The notes beneath the pieces are model-generated. The model had not been told where the DNA came from, ran no database searches, and saw nothing but the letters and a program-made list of their open reading frames with translations. Shown in pieces: positions 11,051 through 19,575 of a DNA stretch of 64,000 nt. Each line of letters opens with the position of its first letter. The first letter of the stretch is position 1. The stretch lies in the NCBI GenBank assembly GCA_963748475.1, contig CAVVIY010000001.1:195457-259456 (forward strand), in the 5' to 3' direction. A program made the translations under genes and the position numbers. This stretch comes from Candidatus Bathyarchaeota archaeon. Lineage in GTDB: Archaea > Thermoproteota > Bathyarchaeia > Bathyarchaeales > Bathycorpusculaceae.

Positions 11051-11308
11051 TCAAAGTATTGAAGGCAGCGACTTGCGCAGTTCAATGTAGAGTTTTCTTC
11101 CTTCATCTGTTAACATGCAGTAACCTTCCGGTGTTTCCTTTACCAACTTTTTCTCTTGAAGGAAAGCTAAGTGTTTTAGGAAATCGTCGTAGGAGACGTT
11201 TGTTGATTTCCGCCAGATTGCAGTCCTTAGCTGAGGTTTTGAATTGAAAAATAGGTATTCTAGTATTTCAAATCGAATTTGAACTGCGCTTTTTCTGATC
11301 TTTGCCAT
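11051..11308 (-). CDS. Small archaeal winged-helix regulator
   Basis: RKSAVQIRFEILE...NVSYDDFLKHL..L.EKKLV...YCMLTDEGRK pattern. Confidence 0.75.
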   Translation of the reverse strand: MAKIRKSAVQIRFEILEYLFFNSKPQLRTAIWRKSTNVSYDDFLKHLAFLQEKKLVKETPEGYCMLTDEGRKLYIELRKSLPSIL

Positions 11309-11411
11309 CCTTTGAATGCACCAGTAAATGGATACTAATTATTTAGCAAATACTAATATAATAATGGCATTTAGGCGCTGATTATACAGGCAAATAAACT
11401 CTAAATTGTTT

Positions 11412-11474
11412 GGGGTCTGTCAAATTTACTTCTTCATCTTTCCCGATCAGACTGGGACGGCGACATCATCCCCC
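11412..11474 (-). ncRNA. Box C/D guide sRNA (D' guide complementary to 23S P-loop, Gm2251 equivalent)
   Basis: GGGG-ATGATG(C box)-TCGCCGTCCCAGT-CTGA(D')-TCGGGAAAG-ATGAAGA(C')-AGTAAATTTGA-CAGA(D)-CCCC; terminal GGGG/CCCC stem. Confidence 0.8.
11450..11473. repeat. attL core (24-bp direct repeat)
   Basis: Identical to 16187-16210. Confidence 0.9.
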
Positions 11475-11528
11475 ATCGAATCAGCACCGTCCCAGATTAA
11501 AAGGGCTTTGGTGAAGGAAAGATGAAAA

Positions 11529-12476
11529 ATGAACCAAGAATTAGTTAAACAACTGTTGGAACAACTCCAACAAGAAACCAAAGACCCAACAGACATAGGA
11601 AAACTAAACATCCCAAACACAATGCTCTGGATGAAAACAAACGCCTATGAACCAACAACCATCAAAAGAGTAGCCAAAGAGCTAAGGCACTTAGAACGGA
11701 ACTGCAATACAAGCACTCCCAAAGAAGTCAAGCTATTCATAGCAAACAAAACATGCTCTAACGCAAGAAAAGAAAACTTAATCGAATCTTATGCTATCGT
11801 GATAAAGTCTTTAGGCTTAAAATGGAATCAGCCCTTTTATCAACGCCAAGACAAAAAGCGCAGAGCACCAAAAGAAGAATTAATACAATTTATCATAGCC
11901 AACGTTAATTTCCCGATGAATCTTAAACTGAAAATGTCCAGAGATTTAGGAGAACGCCCCATTGAATTAACATGGCTAAAAGTTCAAGACATAGATTTAA
12001 CCACAGGCAGAACCGATTTAACAGGAGCTAAACACACAATCGGAAGAGAAGGAAAACTTAAACAAGACACCTTAGAACTACTAAAAAGATACATTCAACG
12101 TGAAAACCTAAACACCCAAAGCATAATATTTCCAACAACCTCAGACAACATAAGCCAAGAATACAGACACGCAAGAAACACTTTAGCAAAAAGATTTAAC
12201 ATGCCCGAACTCAGACAAATACAGCTTTATGATTTTCGCAGACGAAAAGCCACAAGAGAATACAAAATATCCAGACACAACTTTTTACACGTCAAGAAAA
12301 TATTAGGACACAAAGACGCAAGAAGCACAGAGAAATACATAACTGAAGATGAGCAAATCGAATGGGAACCCATAAAAGCGATAACAGACGAAGAGAAAAA
12401 GGAATGTTTCGCAAAAGATTACGAATTTATGACAAATGACAACGGAATATTTTGGTTTAGAAAACCAAAAGAGTAA
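11529..12476 (+). CDS. Site-specific tyrosine recombinase/integrase
   Basis: GERPIEL (R), GAK (K), LYDFRR (YxxR in place of HxxR), LGH, TEKY (catalytic Y). Confidence 0.9.
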   Translation: MNQELVKQLLEQLQQETKDPTDIGKLNIPNTMLWMKTNAYEPTTIKRVAKELRHLERNCNTSTPKEVKLFIANKTCSNARKENLIESYAIVIKSLGLKWNQPFYQRQDKKRRAPKEELIQFIIANVNFPMNLKLKMSRDLGERPIELTWLKVQDIDLTTGRTDLTGAKHTIGREGKLKQDTLELLKRYIQRENLNTQSIIFPTTSDNISQEYRHARNTLAKRFNMPELRQIQLYDFRRRKATREYKISRHNFLHVKKILGHKDARSTEKYITEDEQIEWEPIKAITDEEKKECFAKDYEFMTNDNGIFWFRKPKE

Positions 12477-12567
12477 CATATTTCAAAAAACCAGCATAGC
12501 ACACATACACTTTTCCCCTTACTTTTTAAGCAACTTGCCATCATCCTTTTTTTATAAAGTGACAAAA

Positions 12568-13110
12568 ATGCAGAAACCTAATCTAAAAAGACTTTATAGG
12601 GTGTGGATAAGAATTGGACAATCGCAACCTACTGAAGCTCTGTTCAGCAACGTAGCAAGTATCATTAAATCTCAAATAAGTGAGTTAGTTACTTCTCTTG
12701 AGAATAATAAAATGATAGATTGGTACTATTTCTTAATTCATGGTAAAAACAATGACACCGATAATGCCTACTTTGATTTAGTTTTCTCAGTTAGCGAAGG
12801 CATAGATTTCAAGAACTTTGTTGAAGCTCTTCCTACCTACTGCTTAGACCCTGAGCAAGTGGTGCAAGGATTTGGAGAATCAATTTCAGGTATCACAAAC
12901 TCGCAATTGAAAAACAATGAAGTTGAAGAAGCATGGAAGATTATAGGCGAACAGTCAGAATGGGTTATCCGCATGCTATCTTCTCATAACGATAATGAAA
13001 TAACAATTCAGCAATATATTCAATTTATGCATTACTACATGAACATGATGGGCTTAGGTCATCATTCATTATTCTTAATGCCAGCACCAACTGGAGTCAT
13101 AGGTTTTTAA
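12568..13110 (+). CDS. Cargo protein, possible lantibiotic-dehydratase C-terminal-like domain
   Basis: ATG at 12568 follows TTTTTATAAA; IDWYYFLIH and QFMHYYMNMMG resemble the WFFxRY and HMxxNRxG motifs (weak, from memory). Confidence 0.55.
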   Translation: MQKPNLKRLYRVWIRIGQSQPTEALFSNVASIIKSQISELVTSLENNKMIDWYYFLIHGKNNDTDNAYFDLVFSVSEGIDFKNFVEALPTYCLDPEQVVQGFGESISGITNSQLKNNEVEEAWKIIGEQSEWVIRMLSSHNDNEITIQQYIQFMHYYMNMMGLGHHSLFLMPAPTGVIGF

Positions 13111-13455
13111 TGCTTACAGTCAAAAGAAATTATTAAAAAATCAAGCAATGAATCAAAGATAATTGCGAATTTGTTTGCCAAGCCGAAGGAATAACATACT
13201 TCAAAAAACCAGCTTAAACAAAATCTCTCTTCAACACGCACACACAAAACAGTCGCTCCAGTCGCTCCGCTCCTTGCGCTCCAATTTTATTACAACATTC
13301 TCTCTTTTTTATAAAAGATATAACCAGAGAAAAATTAACTGCTAAAAGAGAGCAAAGACAGCCATCTAACGACAGCGCTCTAAATGGCAATTAGCCAACC
13401 TTTAACAACAACTCTCTTGCAAACACTTAAAACTTGACAGAACCAATAGTATAAT

Positions 13456-14895
13456 ATGCGACTTCAAGCTAAAAACCTTGGACCTATCAATAAGCTCGAT
13501 ATAGAAATAAAACGGCTCACAATTCTTATTGGAAAAAATAGTTTAGGCAAGTCGTACGCTGCACAGCTTATCTACGTAATGCTATGTGTTCTAAAAGATT
13601 ATAAAGCACAAAGACGCCAATTTGGATTCAACAGTTTAGAGGAGTTGTATAACTACCAAAGATACTTTCCGAAAGATTCAGATATAGCCGACCTTACTAA
13701 TCAAATAAGGGAAGAAAACCTCGATGATATTGTAATCATTGAAAAAGTTGTTGACTTGATTCTTCAATCTGAATCCCTTAGTTTAACCAAGCTACTTGAA
13801 TTTTGGCTTGAACGAACTTATGGAGTAGATATAAACAAGCTTGTGAATATTAATTCTTCAAAGTCAGAGATTGAATGTAACTTTCTCGAAGATGTAATTT
13901 TTAAGGCTGAAATTTCTAAACGGGGTCAATTGAAGGTTTTTCTGACTCTTCCAAAAGATAAGTTACAAAATTATTGTCAAGAATTCACTCCTTGGTTGCA
14001 GAAAATTCGAATTAAACATAAAAAGAAGACTTATGTTGAAGAATTAATGCGTGACTTAAGAAGAAAATTATTGGAACAATCTGTAGACATCGAAATGCGA
14101 GACGATGTCTTTGGGTTTAGAAGGAATATACCACTAGTGTATTATATTCCTGCAGGTAGAGCTGGACTTATTGAAAGCTATGATACAGTCGTCGAGGCTT
14201 TATTCGCTCAAGCAGCTAGCACTCCCGCTTCTGGATTATTTATTTCGCCTTTGTCAGGTATGGCAAACCAATTTTATGGTGTTCTGCGTAGTCTAAATGG
14301 GGAAAAGGGCGAATTAAGTAAAGAAATTTCACAAGATTTTCTGGATTTAATAAATGGCGATGTAAAGCTCAGCGGTATTAGACTTAAACGAAAGCAAAGA
14401 GCTGCACGCCTTCGAATGGTCTATTATTTTCATTTAGGTACCAATGCATCTTCAATTGAGCTTACGCATGCTGCATCGATGATAAAGGAGGTTGCGCCAA
14501 TATACCTGATAGTGCAGGAGTTAGTCAAAAAAGGACAATTCTTGGTAGTTGAAGAACCTGAATCTCATCTACATCCAGGCGCACAATTCAGATTAGCAAG
14601 AATATTTACAAAATTGGCAAACTTAAAGGTAAATGTGGTATTGACTACTCATAGTCCGATTATGTTAAGAAAGTTCTCTCATTACATTCGCAAAAATACC
14701 GATGGGCAATCGGAGAATATTGAACCAAAAAATGCAGCACTTTATTGGATTAAAGAAGGAAAAACAGGAAGCGTTTCAAAAGAAATCAAGGTTTCAGATT
14801 ACGGTACATTAGACCAAATTCCCACATACGATGAAGTATCGAGTGAACTCTACGAAGAAGAAGTAAGCTTGTATAAAGAAGAACAAAGTGAATAG
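13456..14895 (+). CDS. ABC-superfamily ATPase (AAA_15/AAA_21-like), putative defence sensor
   Basis: Walker A GKNSLGKS, YIPAGR, Walker B/D-loop VVEEPESHLHP, H-loop TTHS. Confidence 0.88.
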   Translation: MRLQAKNLGPINKLDIEIKRLTILIGKNSLGKSYAAQLIYVMLCVLKDYKAQRRQFGFNSLEELYNYQRYFPKDSDIADLTNQIREENLDDIVIIEKVVDLILQSESLSLTKLLEFWLERTYGVDINKLVNINSSKSEIECNFLEDVIFKAEISKRGQLKVFLTLPKDKLQNYCQEFTPWLQKIRIKHKKKTYVEELMRDLRRKLLEQSVDIEMRDDVFGFRRNIPLVYYIPAGRAGLIESYDTVVEALFAQAASTPASGLFISPLSGMANQFYGVLRSLNGEKGELSKEISQDFLDLINGDVKLSGIRLKRKQRAARLRMVYYFHLGTNASSIELTHAASMIKEVAPIYLIVQELVKKGQFLVVEEPESHLHPGAQFRLARIFTKLANLKVNVVLTTHSPIMLRKFSHYIRKNTDGQSENIEPKNAALYWIKEGKTGSVSKEIKVSDYGTLDQIPTYDEVSSELYEEEVSLYKEEQSE

Positions 14896-15412
14896 AGTTT
14901 TGATCTCGCATCAACAATTGATAAATTATTTAACTAGCGAAGAAGAACTGGCTAATTGCGTATGTACACTTGGGGATCATGATGGAAAAGGCAAAGTTGA
15001 ATGCTTAGAAAGAGGTCGAATATCTTGGAGTGATAATCAATTCAAGTTTCTTCATATTAGATTTGACGGTTGCGTCTGTAGCGAATCTACATGCAAGAAA
15101 TGCGACTGCGTCATTTTTAGGACTAAAGATAACTGTAAACCCGTCATGTTTGTAATAGAAACGAAAGGAAATAGTCCCAGTTTTTCTGAGGTCAAAGCTC
15201 AAATAGAGACAGCACTAGAGAAAATGATAGGTCTTTTGCCAGAACCAAAAAAACAATTTGAAGTCCTGCCAATACTTTGTGCAGCACGTAGAACGGGGTT
15301 TATGAAAGACCAATGCCTAAGTAATAAGGTCAAAATATTTGGAAAGTTTTTGCCAATTCTAATTCTGCTATATAATGAAAATATAAATAATTTTTTCGGA
15401 TGTGATGAATAA
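14888..15412 (+). CDS. Cys-rich PD-(D/E)XK-like putative nuclease, overlapping the ATPase gene
   Basis: KKCDCVIF...MFVIETKG matches D...ExK; 8-bp overlap with the ATPase. Confidence 0.6.
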   Translation: MNRVLISHQQLINYLTSEEELANCVCTLGDHDGKGKVECLERGRISWSDNQFKFLHIRFDGCVCSESTCKKCDCVIFRTKDNCKPVMFVIETKGNSPSFSEVKAQIETALEKMIGLLPEPKKQFEVLPILCAARRTGFMKDQCLSNKVKIFGKFLPILILLYNENINNFFGCDE

Positions 15413-15541
15413 AAGCTGAGATTAGTATAGTTGTAGAATCAAGGTCATCCTCGCACACGCGCCGAACGAAACGCAAAGAGCCAAACGTTATGCAAGGAGA
15501 AATTTAAGGCAAGTAATCATATACAAGTTAAGGGGGTTAGA

Positions 15542-16093
15542 GTGGAAACAATTGAATATTTAAGAAAAATGGCTGAATTGAATCTCTGCAACAGATGCTT
15601 TCAAGTCTACAAAGAATGCCTTGAACCGAAAATACAATCGACAATACAGTCTTTGCTATTAAGACCTTTAGGAGATTGGACAGAAACCGAATCAGAAATT
15701 AATCAGATGATAATGAAGGACAAAGGCATTTTCAAAAGTTCCGCAATAGTGTATTCGCTTGGAAATGACTATAATGCCAATGCCACTATGGTTGATGTAG
15801 AAGCTTTCAACGAAATAACACATTGGAAGCTCAACAAGAAAATTAATTATCTCCGACATAATGGAATTCTTCAAGATTCTTCTTACCAGCTTCTTGACAA
15901 AGCACGGAAAACAAGAAATCGCATTCACGACCCGATAGGTTTTTCCAAGCAAGATTATGATTTGTTCCATGCAGCTTTCATAATTACCCATCAAATATGG
16001 ATTGCAACAATAATTGACCAGAAAGACACTTCAATTTGGTTTAAAACCGATGCTGAAAAATACGCTAAGCAATGGTTGGAAAGCCAAAAGTAG
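15542..16093 (+). CDS. HEPN-like putative RNase
   Basis: Helical protein with LNKKINYL...GIL...RKTRNRIH (Rx4-6H type motif). Confidence 0.55.
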   Translation: METIEYLRKMAELNLCNRCFQVYKECLEPKIQSTIQSLLLRPLGDWTETESEINQMIMKDKGIFKSSAIVYSLGNDYNANATMVDVEAFNEITHWKLNKKINYLRHNGILQDSSYQLLDKARKTRNRIHDPIGFSKQDYDLFHAAFIITHQIWIATIIDQKDTSIWFKTDAEKYAKQWLESQK

Positions 16094-16186
16094 AAGCGAG
16101 AGAGTACTCTTATTTACCAATTTTATCGCTCGCTGTGCTCCTCACTTCGTTGCGGTACGCGCTCGCCCTCCAAAACAGGAACACAG

Positions 16187-16210
16187 GACTGGGACGGCGA
16201 CATCATCCCC
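16187..16210. repeat. attR core (24-bp direct repeat; orphan 5' part of the sRNA)
   Basis: Identical to 11450-11473; diverges from the sRNA at the D' box. Confidence 0.9.
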
Positions 16211-16294
16211 TGTAGGACAAACGTTATTAGCGCAAAATAAACGCTTTGCTTTAAAAATTGAATTGAAATAAAAAAAATGGAATATTTGTGGCTT

Positions 16295-16987
16295 TTAAAC
16301 TGGCGTCGGCGTTGGCGGCGGAGGAGTCGCTGTTGCTACGGGTTGTTCTGGTTGCGGTTTTATTTGGAAGAAGCCAATTGCAATCAACAGTGCAGCGATC
16401 CACATTAGAATGGCACCTATGAAAATTATTGTTAGAAATGCACCTATAATTAGCAATAGACCTGCGGTTGAGAATAAGTGCACACTTGCTTTTGCTGAGA
16501 GCGTTTTGAGTGATCGCCTGGCGAAGAAAGCTGCAACTATAGCGAAAACCCACAAGATCACCAGCACCAAAAATACTGCGCCCAGTGCAGATGTGACATC
16601 GCTTGTGGTTATGTTCGAAGTAACTGGAGTCATACCGCGTAAGGATGAAATTGTTGACCAGCTGCCGTTCCAGGTTGGATAAATATTCCGAAGCAGATTT
16701 GTTAATATGGTTGTGTCAAAAATTATGTAGAGAGCCGCCGCAGCTGCCACTACTACTCCTACTATGCCTGCGACGAGACTGTAAATTGCGTTAGTGAATA
16801 TGCCTCTTTCATGGTAGTAGTCAGCTAAACCGTTCAGTGCAATGAAAACGAGTATTACGCCAATAAGGTCAAGAATGCCAAAAGTATAGCTGGTAACCAA
16901 TGAGCCTACAAGTATTAGTATTGCGCCTATGCCGCCCAAATTTTTGCTCGATTCTAGATTCATCGTTTTTCCTCCGTTTTCTGTCAT
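16295..16987 (-). CDS. DUF996-like membrane protein
   Basis: LESSKNLGGIGAIL...LADYY...IF and LF.TAGLLLIIGA.L.II.IG pattern; Pro-rich tail. Confidence 0.8.
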   Translation of the reverse strand: MTENGGKTMNLESSKNLGGIGAILILVGSLVTSYTFGILDLIGVILVFIALNGLADYYHERGIFTNAIYSLVAGIVGVVVAAAAALYIIFDTTILTNLLRNIYPTWNGSWSTISSLRGMTPVTSNITTSDVTSALGAVFLVLVILWVFAIVAAFFARRSLKTLSAKASVHLFSTAGLLLIIGAFLTIIFIGAILMWIAALLIAIGFFQIKPQPEQPVATATPPPPTPTPV

Positions 16988-17097
16988 CTATTTTAGAATA
17001 AAAGCTTTTTCATGCTTATTCACTGGCTAAGCTAGTTGCCGTATTAAAGTTTGAATCAAAAAATCGAAACTTTTTTAAGGGTAAAATGAATTTGGGC

Positions 17098-17430
17098 TTA
17101 ACTGGTTTTTATATTTCCGCTGTCAAGTTGACCTTGCAGTATGCTGTAATAGGTTTGCAGGTAGGCTTTGCCGTTTTCTGTTATAGCATAGACTTTGCGG
17201 GAACGTCCATCTTTTTGTTGTTTTTTGCTTTCAAGAAAACCTCTTTGTTCAAGATTGTTTAGTGCGGGGTAAAGTGCGCCATGTCTTAGTTTTATGTTGA
17301 AATCTGCTTCTACTTGTTTTTTGATTTTGTATCCCCATGTTGGTTGAGCTTGCACTATTCTTAGTAGTTGCATGTCTAGTAAGTTTCTGATTATGTGTTG
17401 TACAATTTCTTTTTTGTATGTTTCAGACAT
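17098..17430 (-). CDS. PadR-family regulator
   Basis: GYKI...GALYPALNNLEQRGFL...RKVYAITENG. Confidence 0.9.
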   Translation of the reverse strand: MSETYKKEIVQHIIRNLLDMQLLRIVQAQPTWGYKIKKQVEADFNIKLRHGALYPALNNLEQRGFLESKKQQKDGRSRKVYAITENGKAYLQTYYSILQGQLDSGNIKTS

Positions 17431-17671
17431 GGGTTTCTTTCCTGTTGGCTGTTGTATGAATTTGTTGATGTTTCATTTATTTAGTTTATGTTAATTTTGT
17501 TTTATGGTTGTATTGCGCAGTTATGTTTTTGTATGCCTTGGTTATGTATGAAGCTTTATATTAGGGTTTATTAATATAGAATACTCAAGATATGTCCGAA
17601 AACGGACATATTGTATATGCGTAGAACAGCGCAACCGTTCAACAAAAAAACAGGTAAGGAACAAAAGAAAA

Positions 17672-18106
17672 ATGTTAAGAACGATAAACTCCCAAAAAGA
17701 GGTTTCAACCAAACTGACTAAAGGTTTACTGGACCTAATAATACTACAATTCGTAAGCACACAACCCATGCATGGATACCAAATAATAACCAAAATCCGC
17801 AAAAACTTCGGCGTGTACTTCGGTCCAAGTACCGTCTACCCCTTGCTAAACGCTCTTGAAAAGAAAGGCTACGTAAAAAGTGAATGGAATATGAACGCTG
17901 AAAGGCCAAGAAAAATTTACAACCTAACAAACAATGGACAAAACATGCTAGACTTCACCGAAGATTCCCTAAACCTGATATGCCGAAAAATAGGAACACA
18001 AACAAACACAGAAACCATGGAACCCTCTACCCAGCCAGCAATAGCCATAATAGCTAAGAAAAGCATAAGCACACAAACAAACCGCTCAGCATTACAAATC
18101 CACTAA
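17672..18106 (+). CDS. PadR-family regulator
   Basis: HGYQII...GPSTVYPLLNALEKKGYV...PRKIYNLT. Confidence 0.9.
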   Translation: MLRTINSQKEVSTKLTKGLLDLIILQFVSTQPMHGYQIITKIRKNFGVYFGPSTVYPLLNALEKKGYVKSEWNMNAERPRKIYNLTNNGQNMLDFTEDSLNLICRKIGTQTNTETMEPSTQPAIAIIAKKSISTQTNRSALQIH

Positions 18107-18244
18107 AAAAAATAAAGCGTTCCGGCAGAAAGCAGCCTTTTTCTTAGTTTTGGTATTCAATCAAAAAATCAGTTGCCAACTTATCAAAAAGTCAGCAAGA
18201 AAACCTCTCAACTTGTTGAGAGGATGAATTGCGTGGTTTTGTAG

Positions 18245-18410
18245 TTTGCTCCTCTATTTATTGTTGTATGGTTTCTGCTGAGACGTGTCTCTGTTCCAAC
18301 GTAGTAGCTTGGACTCCGCAGTTTGCCTTTTCAAAATTGGTTCTCTGTACTTTGGGGGAATATGTGAAGTGGTGGTTGATGTTGTAGCAGGCACTTCTGT
18401 TTTGTACATA
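18245..18410 (-). pseudogene. tnpA: Internally deleted Y1 HUH transposase remnant
   Basis: N-terminal RSACYNINHHFTYSPK fused to a C-terminal L.SPSYYVGT...VSAETIQQ*IEE-like segment; HUH core missing. Confidence 0.75.
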
Positions 18411-18443
18411 AACTAAATAAACCTAATACATCGATTCGAAAAC

Positions 18444-19509
18444 ATGGAAGCCTCTCTGACGATACGGTGCGGAGTAACATCATTGACGAAGCGGAAACAA
18501 CAATTCCTAAACACAGAGTACGACAACCTGCAACATTTCTTGCAAACCAAACAAGACCGTGGACTATACTCCGCCAACAAACAGCAGGCACAGCGATTCT
18601 ACAAAACAGTTAAGCCACATCAGGAGTATCCGCTCAGCATCAGAAATGACCTTCTCAAAATTAAACAAGTCGGCAACAGTCTATCGGAGTTCTGGGCTAA
18701 AATCCCAAACAAGAATACAAGACAGCTTTGGGTAGCAATCAAGCCGCATAGACCATTTCCTGAGCAATTCAAGGTTGTGAGTCAAAACTGTATCGTTATA
18801 AAGGAAAATTCTACCTTAACATCGCATTGAAAATTGGGGTTGAGGCAAATTTGGCTTTCAGAAAGATTCTTGCTGCTGATTTGGGTGAGAGAACCATTGC
18901 AACAACCGTGTTGCTCTCCAATGGAGTAATCTCGCATCCGCATTTCTACGGCAGGAAGGTTCGTGGGCTTCGTAGGCATTATGCTTGGCTTCGCAAACGA
19001 TTAGGCGAGAAGAAAGCTTTGGCGACTATTCGAAAAATCAAGGATACGGAGAAACGTAAAGTCAACGCTATTCTGCATAAGGTTAGCCGCGATATTGTGG
19101 ATGAGGCGCAGCGGGAAAACGCAGTAATTGTTCTTGAGATTTGACTGGCATCAGAAAAGGGGCACAAAAGATGGGTCGGCGGATGCGGCGGATAGTTGGC
19201 GGTATGCCGTTCTATCGTTTAACTCAGATGATAGCGTATAAGGCAACTTTGAAGGGGATGCTTGTGGTAACGACAAGTGAAGTATATACTAGTGTTACTT
19301 GTCATGTTTGCGGTTGTGAAGGTGACAGGAAAAAGCAGGGATGGTTTGTTTGCCCCAATTGTGGAGAGTATAATGCTGATTTGAACGGAGCCATCAATAT
19401 TGGTTTAAAGCTTGAGAGGAACTTAGGCTACATGCCTTTGCTCGGGGGTATGCGTGAACTATCCCGAACTCCAACTGCTCTTAGATTGGAGAAGCCACCC
19501 TACTTGTAG
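18444..19509 (+). CDS. tnpB: TnpB RNA-guided endonuclease (two frameshifts, near 18780 and 19138)
   Basis: RuvC-I AADLG, RuvC-II VIVLE, zinc finger CHVC...CPNC, RuvC-III NADLNGAINI across three ORFs. Confidence 0.88.
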
Positions 19510-19575
19510 AGTGGTAGTTCACTAACAAACGTGTTTTAAATATATCGACAGCTAATTCTATATTGGAAGAATCAA

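Larger units (their letters stand above)
11450..16210. mobile_element. Tyrosine-integrase mini integrative element with defence-like cargo
   Basis: Perfect 24-bp direct repeat GACTGGGACGGCGACATCATCCCC at 11450-11473 and 16187-16210, adjacent integrase, AT-rich co-oriented cargo. Confidence 0.9.
18193..19522. mobile_element. IS200/IS605-family element (IS605 layout, divergent tnpA remnant and tnpB); left boundary approximate
   Basis: Left hairpin CCTCTCAAC-TT-GTTGAGAGG (18204-18223); right end GAAGCCACCCTACTTGTAGAGTGGTAGTTCAC ending at 19522. Confidence 0.85.

Noticed and set aside
13360..15500. Integron attC sites between cargo genes (ATCTAAC near 13364, GTTATGC near 15487)
   Set aside because: No matching R''/R' pairs with a proper fold-back, and the integrase shows no obvious IntI-specific insertion.
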